Source: Alphaproteobacteria bacterium
Lineage (GTDB): Bacteria > Pseudomonadota > Alphaproteobacteria > UBA828
Assembly: GCA_965220745.1 (NCBI GenBank)
Contig: CBDCQT010000010.1
Location: forward strand, 416,001-480,000
Length of the DNA stretch: 64,000 nt
Reading direction: 5' to 3'
The notes under the pieces are model-generated. The model ran no database searches and was not told the origin of the DNA. It was given only the letters and a program-made list of their open reading frames with translations. This document shows positions 29,119 through 37,985 of this stretch, piece by piece; position 1 is the first letter of the stretch; every line of letters starts with the position of its first letter. A program made the translations under genes and the position numbers.

Positions 29119-29682
29119 ATGACCGACCTGGTCGAGATCGCACCGCCGCGCTTCGACGTATCGCTGGCGCTCGCCTACGCCACCAACGACAACGTCACCG
29201 GCCACCCCATCTACCGCCGGGCGGCATGCTACCTTCACTGCGACGCCGCGGCGCTGTTGGAACGCGCCATCGGTCTCGCCGGCACCCAGGGTCTGAAACT
29301 GATCGTTTTCGACGGCTATCGGCCGGTGGAGGCGCAATGGGCGCTCTGGCGGCAGTGTCCGGACCCGACCTTCCTCGCGGACCCGCGGCGCGGATCGCCG
29401 CATTCGCGGGGCGTCGCGGTCGATCTCAGCCTCGCGGACCGGGAGACCGGGGTGCCGCTCGACATGGGCACCGGTTTCGACGACCTGACGCCACGCGCGT
29501 TCCACGGCAGCACCACGCCGACGCCGGCGGCCCAGCGCAACCGTATGCTGCTTCTTGGCCTGATGGCGTCGGCCGGCTGGGATCACTATCTCAACGAATG
29601 GTGGCACTATCAGATGTTCACACCCCGCCGTTATCCCTTGCTCTGGGACTCCGCCGCCGGCACCGGATTGATGGCCTCATGA
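29119..29682 (+). CDS. ddpX: D-alanyl-D-alanine dipeptidase (VanX/DdpX, M15D)
   Basis: FDGYRP, SPHSRGVAVD, DMGTGFD, EWWHY. Confidence 0.92.
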   Translation: MTDLVEIAPPRFDVSLALAYATNDNVTGHPIYRRAACYLHCDAAALLERAIGLAGTQGLKLIVFDGYRPVEAQWALWRQCPDPTFLADPRRGSPHSRGVAVDLSLADRETGVPLDMGTGFDDLTPRAFHGSTTPTPAAQRNRMLLLGLMASAGWDHYLNEWWHYQMFTPRRYPLLWDSAAGTGLMAS

Positions 29683-30707
29683 ACTTCCGCCGGCTCCTCC
29701 GCACCATATGCATCGGCTGCGCAATGACCGCCACGATTGCGGCCGGCATCGGGCCGGCAGTCGCCGCAGATTCGGCCGTCATCCTGCAATACCACCGCTT
29801 CGGCGAGGACTCGTACCCGTCGACGAGCGTCACCATCGAGCAGTTCGAGGCGCACATCGAGCACCTTTCGACCGGCGGTTACACCGTGCTTCCGGTTCCA
29901 GAGATTCTTGCCGCGCTTGACGCCGACCGGTCTCTGCCGGAGCGCACCATCGGCATCACCGTCGATGATGCAACGCGTTCGACCTTCGTGGAGGCGTGGC
30001 CCCGACTGCAAAAGGCAGGCTTTCCCTTCACTGTGTTCGTCTCCACCGATCCGGTCGACCAGGGCCACGCGAGCATCATGAGCTGGGACGAGCTCCGCGA
30101 GCTGGTCGCGGCCGGCGTGACCATCGGCAATCACGGCGCCGCGCACGGACGCATGTGGCAGAACGACGACGCTGCAAACAGAGAAGACCTTGAGAAGGCA
30201 CGCCAACGAATTCAGGAGGAGCTCGGCATAGACGCCGCGCTCTTCGCCTACCCCTACGGCGAATGGAACGGCGCCCTGCGAACGCTCGTCGCGGAGTTGG
30301 GCTTCGCCGCGGCCTTCGGCCAACACTCCGGCGCCGTCGGAGCGCATTCGGACACGCTCAACTTGCCGCGCTTTGCGCTAAATCAGCGCTACGGCGAGTT
30401 CGACCGCTTCAAGCTGATCGTGGACACCCTGTCGCTTGGCGCCCGCGACGTGACGCCGGCAGATCATATCTTGGAGCAGAACCCGCCGGTGATCGGCTTT
30501 ACGATCGAGCCGCCGCTGGCAAACCGCAACAGTCTCGCTTGCTTTGCGTCGGGCGGCGTCGTTGCCACCATCGAGCACGAGGAAGGTGGACGCGTGCAGG
30601 TCAACTTTGACGGGCCGTTCCCGCCCGGCCGGGCCCGGCTCAACTGTACTGCTCCCGCCGGAGACGGGCGCTGGCGCTGGTTCGGCCTGCAGTTCGTTGT
30701 GCCTTGA
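29679..30707 (+). CDS. Secreted polysaccharide deacetylase (CE4/NodB)
   Basis: Signal peptide; LQYHRF, ITVDDA, NHGAAH, FAYPYGE, LPRF. Confidence 0.88.
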   Translation: MNFRRLLRTICIGCAMTATIAAGIGPAVAADSAVILQYHRFGEDSYPSTSVTIEQFEAHIEHLSTGGYTVLPVPEILAALDADRSLPERTIGITVDDATRSTFVEAWPRLQKAGFPFTVFVSTDPVDQGHASIMSWDELRELVAAGVTIGNHGAAHGRMWQNDDAANREDLEKARQRIQEELGIDAALFAYPYGEWNGALRTLVAELGFAAAFGQHSGAVGAHSDTLNLPRFALNQRYGEFDRFKLIVDTLSLGARDVTPADHILEQNPPVIGFTIEPPLANRNSLACFASGGVVATIEHEEGGRVQVNFDGPFPPGRARLNCTAPAGDGRWRWFGLQFVVP

Positions 30708-30756
30708 TGGCGCGACCGGCGGTTCCCGCTAACCGCCTGCGCACGCAGCCGACTGA

Positions 30757-32235
30757 TCAGATGGGCGGACGCCTGCTCGGCGGGCCAATCACCGTCGTCC
30801 ACTGGCGGTTGTACAACCACGCCCGGTCGAAGTCGCCGAGCCGGTTCTGCCGAATGATCCGGCGGATGCTCTCTACGTAAGCCCCGCGTCGCTCTGAATA
30901 GGTCCGCAACTCGCCGGCCAGAGTGTAGCCGCTAATTTGGCCACCATCCCGGCGTAGCTGAGCCCGCCGGCGGCGGAAGTCATCATAGGCCCAATGGCTG
31001 TTGAGGTTGTGGACATAGGCGCGCACCGCCGCGAGCAGATTGTCATGGCTGCGCACGCGATGCCGCCTGTCCGCGTCGCGCCGCGCGGGCAGGATGCCGG
31101 ACTTGGACTTGTAGGTGTATTGACCGAAGAGCGCGTTGCCCTGCCGCGCGAAGCGGGAGGTACCCCACCCCGACTCTTCCGCCGCCTGTGCCAGCGCCAG
31201 CGAGGGCGGCACCACATCCATCCGGTTCAGAAGCTCCCGCACGTCGAGTGGGTCCGTTCCGTAGAGATCGGCCATTGTGGCGAGCCATTCCCGGTCGGCA
31301 GGTGAAAGCGTGTCGGCAGGTGAAAGCGTGTCGGCAGGTGAGGGCGTGTCGGCCCGCGTGAACTTGTCCGCCAGTCGCTGCAGCCGCCAGCGGTCGACGG
31401 TGATCTCCTCGTTGACCTGGAGAATGATCGGGAGGACCGCCTGGAAGAAAAGCCGCTTCTTTGCACTGATCGGCGACATGCCGGCGAGATCGCGCGGGAG
31501 CGCATCGAGATAGAAGCGCGGCACGGGGCTGGCCGCCCTCCGCACCTGGTCGAGGTCGTAGCCGATCGACTCGAAGCGCGCGATGACGGCGTTGGCCGAA
31601 GTGCCCCTCATTGGAGGCTTGAGCACGACCGACGGTATCGCGTCGCTCGTGCCGGTATGTGCCAGCTTGCGCGGCTTCGACACCAGCGGGGGTAGCGGCG
31701 GCGGATCTTCAGCCTGCAGCGTCCCGAGCCGCATGATCGTCGGCGCGTAGCGGGGCGACGCGGTGATCGGCCGATCCGGCACAACCGCTGTCACTTGCCA
31801 CGCGGCTTCCCGCGGATCACCGGGAGGAACGAGTGCCAGTGAAAGAAGCCGGTCAACCACTGCGAGCGGGAGGATGTCCTGGGGTGCAGCCTCCGACAGA
31901 GAGAAGACCAAATTGAAGCGGTCGAGCACGGACGGTGAATCGGCTACGGGTGCGGGCGCTTCCGCCACGGCATCGGTCATCGACACTGGCCCGGCGGCGA
32001 GGAAGTCCAACGGCGACGCGTCCCGGGCAGCGGCGGGCTTGATCGGTTCGGCGCCGGCAGCGGTCAAGACGAGAGCCGCGAGTGCCGCAACTCCCCACGC
32101 GCCAAGCGCTGACAGGGAAGCGACCCCCTGACCGCTCGCCGATTCCGCCGGCGGCGCGTCAAGCGCGCTTCGCCGGGAACACGGGGCACACCCCCTGCGC
32201 GCACGCACGCAGGCCCGCCCCACGGCACTTATCAA
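30757..32235 (-). CDS. Glucosaminidase (GH73, Bax-like) protein
   Basis: KKRLFFQAVLP, VPPSLALAQAAEESGWGTSRFARQGNALFG, NLNSHWAY, YSER; start position uncertain. Confidence 0.85.
   Translation of the reverse strand: MISAVGRACVRARRGCAPCSRRSALDAPPAESASGQGVASLSALGAWGVAALAALVLTAAGAEPIKPAAARDASPLDFLAAGPVSMTDAVAEAPAPVADSPSVLDRFNLVFSLSEAAPQDILPLAVVDRLLSLALVPPGDPREAAWQVTAVVPDRPITASPRYAPTIMRLGTLQAEDPPPLPPLVSKPRKLAHTGTSDAIPSVVLKPPMRGTSANAVIARFESIGYDLDQVRRAASPVPRFYLDALPRDLAGMSPISAKKRLFFQAVLPIILQVNEEITVDRWRLQRLADKFTRADTPSPADTLSPADTLSPADREWLATMADLYGTDPLDVRELLNRMDVVPPSLALAQAAEESGWGTSRFARQGNALFGQYTYKSKSGILPARRDADRRHRVRSHDNLLAAVRAYVHNLNSHWAYDDFRRRRAQLRRDGGQISGYTLAGELRTYSERRGAYVESIRRIIRQNRLGDFDRAWLYNRQWTTVIGPPSRRPPI
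31294..31353. repeat. 18-bp in-frame tandem repeat, ~3.3 copies (encodes ADT(L/P)SP)
   Basis: GTCGGCAGGTGAAAGCGT twice exactly, a third copy GTCGGCAGGTGAGGGCGT, then GTCGGC. Confidence 0.9.
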
Positions 32236-32283
32236 AACGCCCTAACTCCCTCCCCCGGCTTCGCCGGGAGCGCACGAGCCGCA

Positions 32284-32841
32284 CTAGACGGCGCGCACCT
32301 CCACGACTTCCGGGATGTAGTGTTTCAGCATGTTCTCGATGCCCATCTTCAGGGTCATGGTCGAGCTGGGACAGCCCTGACACGATCCCTGCAGTTGAAG
32401 CATCACGATGCCGTTTTGGAATCCGCGATAGATGATGTCCCCGCCGTCCTGAGCGACGGCGGGCCGCACCCGCGTATCGAGCAGCTCCTTGATCTGGCCA
32501 ACAATCTCCGCATCGGCACCATCGTCCGCCGCCTCCTCAGCCGTCTGCGCGGCATCGTCGAGGAGGAGCGGATGGCCCGCCACGAAGTGCTCCATGATCA
32601 CGCCGAGGATCACGGGTTTCAGCAACTGCCAGTCGGCATCATCGGACTTGGAGACAGAGACGAAGTCGCCACCGAAGAAAACGCCGGTGACGCCCTCGAC
32701 CTGAAACAGCCGCCGCGCAAGCGGCGAACGCTCCGCCGATTCGACATCGCGGAAGTCCACAGTCCCAGACGACATCACCGCCTCTCCGGGCAGGAATTTT
32801 AATGTCGCCGGGTTCGGGGTCCGCTCGGTCTGAATGAACAT
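32284..32841 (-). CDS. nfuA: NfuA/NifU-like Fe-S carrier
   Basis: MFIQTERTPNPATLKFLPG; VRPAVAQDGGDI; GSCQGCPSS. Confidence 0.9.
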   Translation of the reverse strand: MFIQTERTPNPATLKFLPGEAVMSSGTVDFRDVESAERSPLARRLFQVEGVTGVFFGGDFVSVSKSDDADWQLLKPVILGVIMEHFVAGHPLLLDDAAQTAEEAADDGADAEIVGQIKELLDTRVRPAVAQDGGDIIYRGFQNGIVMLQLQGSCQGCPSSTMTLKMGIENMLKHYIPEVVEVRAV

Positions 32842-32944
32842 GCTTTTCCCAACCCTGCCCAAAGTGGGCGCCTAAAACGTGGTGCAGACTCCCTGCGAGG
32901 TCAAGCCCATTGGCTAACTATCTGGATATAAGCGATTTTCGCGA

Positions 32945-32964
32945 TATTCCACAGCTTATACACA
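32945..32964 (+). promoter_or_regulatory. Tandem DnaA-box-like sites
   Basis: TATTCCACA (1 mismatch) and TTATACACA (matches TTWTNCACA), 2 bp apart in an AT-rich intergenic patch. Confidence 0.35.
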
Positions 32965-32999
32965 GCCACAATTGCGCCCTTGGCGGGCTGCACAGCCGG

Positions 33000-33506
33000 C
33001 TATGTCAAATCCTGGAGCTGCTGATCGTTCAGGTTGCCGGGTACGACTACGAGCGGAATGTTGAGCTGGCCGGCGAGCTGCCCGGCCAGCCAGGAAATGA
33101 GCGATCCCTGCCCCTGATCGGGCGGGGCCGCGCCGACGACCAACAGGTTGATCGCTTCGTTCTCGGCCACGTGGCCCAGAATCTCGTCACCGATCCCGCC
33201 CTCGCGCACCGCCACGCTCGGCGGCTCTCCGGTGACGTCCTCCACCTTGGCGGCGATGGACTGGAGGAGGGCTTCCGCTTCCTCCCGCGTCTCCTGCCGC
33301 ATCAGCTCGCCGACCGCGGCCCAATGCTGGAACTCCGGCGGCTGCACCACGTGAATGAGTGCCACGCGGCCGCCGGAATTGCGGGCGCGCAGCGCGGCGA
33401 ACCGCGCCGCCACTTCGGAATGGCCGTCGTCCGCGACGCAGACCAGGAAGGTGACCTGCCCGGCGACGTGGGCCGCGTCCGTTTCGGGCGGCGCCTGCTC
33501 GGTCAT
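33000..33506 (-). CDS. Universal stress protein
   Basis: FLVCVADD, FQHWAAVG, INLLVVGA, IPLVVVPG. Confidence 0.88.
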   Translation of the reverse strand: MTEQAPPETDAAHVAGQVTFLVCVADDGHSEVAARFAALRARNSGGRVALIHVVQPPEFQHWAAVGELMRQETREEAEALLQSIAAKVEDVTGEPPSVAVREGGIGDEILGHVAENEAINLLVVGAAPPDQGQGSLISWLAGQLAGQLNIPLVVVPGNLNDQQLQDLT

Positions 33507-33527
33507 CGCATCGATCCCGCCGCGTCC

Positions 33528-34283
33528 TCAGCCCTTGCGGAAGGCGAAGCTGCCCAACCATCCTGCCACTAGCGCGAGCGCGATAGCAATGATGCCGTAG
33601 AGGGCTTCGTCCGTCCGCGCGAAGGTGGAAATGTCCGCCGAGAAGCCCGCCTTCTCGATGGTGAGCGCCGCCGAGCGCGTGCTGAGCACTTCGCCGTCGA
33701 CCAGGAGCATCCCCTCCACCAGGTACTCGCCGGTCGGCACGTGGGCGGGCAGGTCGATCGTGGTGCGGAACAACCGCTCGTCGATGAACTCGACCACGCC
33801 CGGCTCCAACTTGTACAGCAAGTCACTCTCCCTATGGCGGTGCAGGGCGGCGCGGAACTCGTCCGCATCGCCCGACGTGTCGAACCAGATCGCCTCAAGC
33901 AGCAGGCGCTTCGAGCCCAGTTGCTCGCGATTGAGAAACTCTTCCGGGGCGATGTCTTCGAGCGGGCTTGAGGCAGCGACGAAGTAGTAGCCGGGCACGT
34001 TGCGGAAGGCGATCGCTTCCTGGTTGACCCAGACGCCGACGGACCGCAGCTTGCGGCGCACCACCACCGGCTCCTCCGGCCCGCGCACGGAGACCACGAC
34101 GTCGCCCGCCATGTCGGTCGCACCGAAGAGCAGGATCGAGGTGCCGGCGAAGTTCGAGTCGATCTCGATGCGCTGGGTCGAGAGCGCGATCAGCAGGGGC
34201 TCGTCGTGCTCCTGCGCCGCGGCGGGCGCTGCCGCGACGCTGACGGCGAAGACCATCCCGAGCAGTTGGACCACGCGCCGCAT
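33528..34283 (-). CDS. TIGR02186 family protein
   Basis: IEIDSNFAGTSILLFGA, VRRK..GVWVN, LFRTTIDLP, C-terminal TM; downstream of a TauE/SafE gene. Confidence 0.85.
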   Translation of the reverse strand: MRRVVQLLGMVFAVSVAAAPAAAQEHDEPLLIALSTQRIEIDSNFAGTSILLFGATDMAGDVVVSVRGPEEPVVVRRKLRSVGVWVNQEAIAFRNVPGYYFVAASSPLEDIAPEEFLNREQLGSKRLLLEAIWFDTSGDADEFRAALHRHRESDLLYKLEPGVVEFIDERLFRTTIDLPAHVPTGEYLVEGMLLVDGEVLSTRSAALTIEKAGFSADISTFARTDEALYGIIAIALALVAGWLGSFAFRKG

Positions 34284-35197
34284 CAGTTCCCCCACAGCGG
34301 TGCGACCGCGAAGGGATCGTCCGGCATCACCACCAGCGAGTATGCCAGCCGGCCACCCACCGCGAGCACCATGAGAGCGAGCAGGCCCCGGAGATGCTCC
34401 GCCCGGATGCGCCCACCGAGCCGCGTGCCGTACTGGGCGCCGATGACGGCGCCGACCGCCAGCAGAAGGCCGAGGATAATGTCGACGTTATTGTTATTGA
34501 TGGCGTGGGCGAAGCAAGAAACCGAGCTGATCACGATGATCCCGAGCAACGAAGTGCCCACCACCACCGCCGTCGGCATGCCGATGAGGTAGATCATCGC
34601 CGGCACCATGAAGAACCCGCCGCCGACGCCCATGATGGAGGCAATGATGCCCATGAGGAAGCCAAGGACGAACGGCGGGATCGCACTGACGTAGAGGCGC
34701 GAGCGGCGGAAGCGCAGCTTGAGCGGCAACCCGTGAATCCAGGTGTGGTGGTGCGCCTTGCGGTGCGCCGTGCGCTGGCGCCGCACCGTCGCCCTCACGC
34801 TCTCCACCGCCATCAGGCAGCCGACCACCCCGAGAAACAGCACGTAGGAGAGCGATATCACCAGGTCGATCTGGCCCGCGTCGCTGAGCAGCTTGAAGAG
34901 GAAGGCGCCGAGCCAGGCGCCGCCCGCGCCGCCGCAGGAGATCAGCGCGCCGATCAGAAAGTCGACGTTGCCGCGGCGCCAGTGCGCCATCGTACCGGAG
35001 ACCGACGACGCGATGATCAGGTTGGTACCGGTTCCAACGGCGACCGAGGGCGTCACCCCGAGGAAGATCAGGAGCGGTGTCATCAGAAAGCCACCGCCCA
35101 CGCCGAACATGCCCGACAGCAAGCCCACCCCGCCGCCGAGAACGAGCAGAATCAGCGCATTGGCTGAAAGCTCGGCGATTGGGAGATAGATCTCCAT
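34283..35197 (-). CDS. TauE/SafE (TSUP) family exporter
   Basis: MEIYLPIAE, GMFGVGGGFLMTP, MGVGGGFFMVPAM. Confidence 0.9.
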   Translation of the reverse strand: MEIYLPIAELSANALILLVLGGGVGLLSGMFGVGGGFLMTPLLIFLGVTPSVAVGTGTNLIIASSVSGTMAHWRRGNVDFLIGALISCGGAGGAWLGAFLFKLLSDAGQIDLVISLSYVLFLGVVGCLMAVESVRATVRRQRTAHRKAHHHTWIHGLPLKLRFRRSRLYVSAIPPFVLGFLMGIIASIMGVGGGFFMVPAMIYLIGMPTAVVVGTSLLGIIVISSVSCFAHAINNNNVDIILGLLLAVGAVIGAQYGTRLGGRIRAEHLRGLLALMVLAVGGRLAYSLVVMPDDPFAVAPLWGN

Positions 35198-35328
35198 CGG
35201 AAAAACAGCGTCGTGCGTATGGGGATGCGCACGTTACATGCGCCTCCCGCTCAAGTAGCGCAAGCGAAAAGTCTGTAATCGTGCAGTTTTGTCGCTGACT
35301 TGGGCCGCAAAGCGCTGCCTGGAGCCGC

Positions 35329-36321
35329 TCAGGCGTCGAGCAGCCCCATAATGCGCCGCACTTCGGCGAGGTTGGCGTCCGCGATGTGCCGGGCACGCTC
35401 GGCGCCGTCGGCGAGCACCTCGTCGATGTAGCCGGGGTCCGCCAACAGCTCACGCATGCGTGCAGCGAGCGGGCCGAGCGCCTCGATCGCGAGATCGGCG
35501 AGCTTGCCCTTGAAGTCGGCGAAACCCATCAGGGAATGCTCGGCGGCCACCCTCTCGATGGGCTCGTCGGCGAGCGCCGCATAAATGCTCAGCAGGTTCG
35601 CCGCTTCGGGACGCCGCTCGAGGTCATGGGCCAGGCCGGGCTCGGAATCCGTTTTGGCGCGCTTGATCTTGAGCGCGATCATGTCGGCATCGTCAGTCAG
35701 ATTGATCCGTGAGTACTCTGACGTGTCCGACTTGCTCATCTTGTTGCGGCCGTCTCTCAGGCTCATCACCCGCGTCGCGGCGCCGAAGATCATCGGCTCG
35801 GGCAGGGGAAAGAATTCCCGGTCGTAGGCGCGATTGAACGCGCTCGCAATGTCGCGCGAAAGCTCCAGGTGTTGCTTCTGGTCCTCGCCCACCGGCACGG
35901 CTGTCGCGTGGTAGAGCAGGATGTCGGCGGCCATCAGCACCGGGTAGGCATAGAGGCCGAGGAGCGCACTATCCCGCTTCTTCCCCGCCTTCTCCTTGAA
36001 CTGGGTCATGCGGTTGAGCCAGCCAAGCGGAGTGAAGCAATTGAGGATCCAGGCGAGCTCCGCGTGTCCCGTCACGCTGCTCTGGTTGAAGATGATGCAG
36101 GTCTTGGGGTCGAGCCCGGCGGCAATCAGCCCGGCCGTGACCTCGCGGGTGTTGTTCGTGAGCTCTTCCGGATCCTGCGCCACCGTGATCGCGTGGAGAT
36201 CGACGATGCAATAAATGCAGTCGTACTCCTGCTGCATCGCGACCCAGTTCTTGATCGCGCCGAGGTAATTGCCGAGGTGCAGGTTGCCGGTCGGCTGTAC
36301 GCCGGAAAAGACCCGCTTCAT
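35329..36321 (-). CDS. trpS: Tryptophan--tRNA ligase
   Basis: [41 protein letters not shown]. Confidence 0.97.
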   Translation of the reverse strand: MKRVFSGVQPTGNLHLGNYLGAIKNWVAMQQEYDCIYCIVDLHAITVAQDPEELTNNTREVTAGLIAAGLDPKTCIIFNQSSVTGHAELAWILNCFTPLGWLNRMTQFKEKAGKKRDSALLGLYAYPVLMAADILLYHATAVPVGEDQKQHLELSRDIASAFNRAYDREFFPLPEPMIFGAATRVMSLRDGRNKMSKSDTSEYSRINLTDDADMIALKIKRAKTDSEPGLAHDLERRPEAANLLSIYAALADEPIERVAAEHSLMGFADFKGKLADLAIEALGPLAARMRELLADPGYIDEVLADGAERARHIADANLAEVRRIMGLLDA

Positions 36322-36373
36322 GTCAGGAACGCTCCACCGGGGGCGCGCCTTATCGCGCCCTCGCGCGCCGCCG

Positions 36374-37951
36374 TCAACCTTGGCCTTGGTCTTGCCCTTC
36401 GTCTTGCCGTTGCTGCCGGGCCAACAGCGCGCGCATCTCGCTCAACGAAACGATTCCTGTGACGATGGCGAGCGCGCCGTAGACGACGAGACCAGCGGCG
36501 ACGAGGGCGGCGAGCGCCGCGATGCGCAAGCCCGCCACTTCCAGCGCCATCTCCAGGGCCAGCGCGAGCGCCCAGAGCACGACCGCCATGCCGGCGGACG
36601 CCGCGATCATGCGCGGCAGTCGGCGCCTCAGTCGCCGGTCGGGCTTTAGAAAGCCGCGCCGTGCGAGGCCCGCAGCCAGAAGACCGACGTTGAGCCAGCC
36701 GGCGAGCGTGGTCGCCAGCGCGATGCCGACGTGGGCGAGCGGGCCCATGAGGGCGAGGTTCAGCACGACGTTCACCGCGAGGCAGAGGATGGCGATCCGC
36801 ACCGGCGTCCTGGTGTCCTGACGTGCGAAATAGCCGGGCACCAGCACCTTAATCAGCACGAACGCGGGCAACCCGGCGGCATAGGCGACCAGCGCGCCGG
36901 CCGTGGCGTCGCTTTGCGCCACGCCGAAGGCGCCGCGCTCGAACAGGACCGCGATCACAGGGCCGGCGATGACGATGAGCGCGACCGCCGCCGGCACTGC
37001 CAGCAGCAGCGCCATCTCGATCGCCCTGTTCAGGCTGTTCGACGCCTCGTCCGTCTCGCCCGCCCGCAGCTGGCGGCTCAGCAGCGGCAGCAGCGCGGTC
37101 CCGACCGCGACCCCGACGACGCCGAGGGGAAGCTGATTCACGCGGTCGGCGTAATAGAGGAAGGAAACGGAGCCGCTGGGCAGCAGCGAGGCGATGATGA
37201 TGTCGACGACCAGATTGATCTGGGCGACACCGGCACCGAGCGCCGCCGGTGCGGCGAGGATCAGCAGTCGCTTGACCCCCGGTGTGAGCCGGGGCCGACG
37301 CAGGCGGAGCGACATCCCTGCGCGCGAGGCGGCGACCACCAGCCAGACGAACTGAACGATGCCGCCGACCGTGACACCCACCGCCAGCGCATGCCCCGGC
37401 GTCTCGGTCCAGCGCGCGAGCCCGAGCAGGGCCCCGATCAGGCAGAGATTGAGCAGGATCGGCGTCGCCGCCACGGCGGCGAAGCGGTAGAGAGAATTCA
37501 ACACGCCGCCGAGGAGGGAAACCAGTGAAATCAAGAGGATGTAGGGGAAGGTGAGCCGCGTGAGCTGCACGGTCAGATCGAGCTTGCCGAGCTCGTCCGC
37601 GAAGCCCGGCGCCAGCACGTGCATGAGCCAGGGCATCACGATCTGCGCGACGATGACGAGCACGAGCAGAGTCCACAGCAGGACGGTCAGCACGTCCTCG
37701 GCGAACGATTTGGCCGCCTCGCGCCCGTCGCGCTCCAGTGTGCCCGCGAAGAGCGGTACGAAGGCAGCGTTGAATGCGCCTTCGGCGAACAGCCGCCGCA
37801 GGAAGTTGGGCAGCTTGAACGCGACGAAGAAGGCGTCTGCGACCGGGCTCGCGCCGAGAATGGACGCGATCAGGATGTCGCGCAGGAAGCCAAGAACGCG
37901 CGAGCCCATGGTGTAGCCGCCGACCGTCGCGGCCCAGCGGGCGAGTGCCAT
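36374..37951 (-). CDS. murJ: Lipid II flippase MurJ
   Basis: [39 protein letters not shown]. Confidence 0.95.
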   Translation of the reverse strand: MALARWAATVGGYTMGSRVLGFLRDILIASILGASPVADAFFVAFKLPNFLRRLFAEGAFNAAFVPLFAGTLERDGREAAKSFAEDVLTVLLWTLLVLVIVAQIVMPWLMHVLAPGFADELGKLDLTVQLTRLTFPYILLISLVSLLGGVLNSLYRFAAVAATPILLNLCLIGALLGLARWTETPGHALAVGVTVGGIVQFVWLVVAASRAGMSLRLRRPRLTPGVKRLLILAAPAALGAGVAQINLVVDIIIASLLPSGSVSFLYYADRVNQLPLGVVGVAVGTALLPLLSRQLRAGETDEASNSLNRAIEMALLLAVPAAVALIVIAGPVIAVLFERGAFGVAQSDATAGALVAYAAGLPAFVLIKVLVPGYFARQDTRTPVRIAILCLAVNVVLNLALMGPLAHVGIALATTLAGWLNVGLLAAGLARRGFLKPDRRLRRRLPRMIAASAGMAVVLWALALALEMALEVAGLRIAALAALVAAGLVVYGALAIVTGIVSLSEMRALLARQQRQDEGQDQGQG

Positions 37952-37985
37952 CGGTTACACGGGTGGCCGGTAGAGGGCCAGCAGA

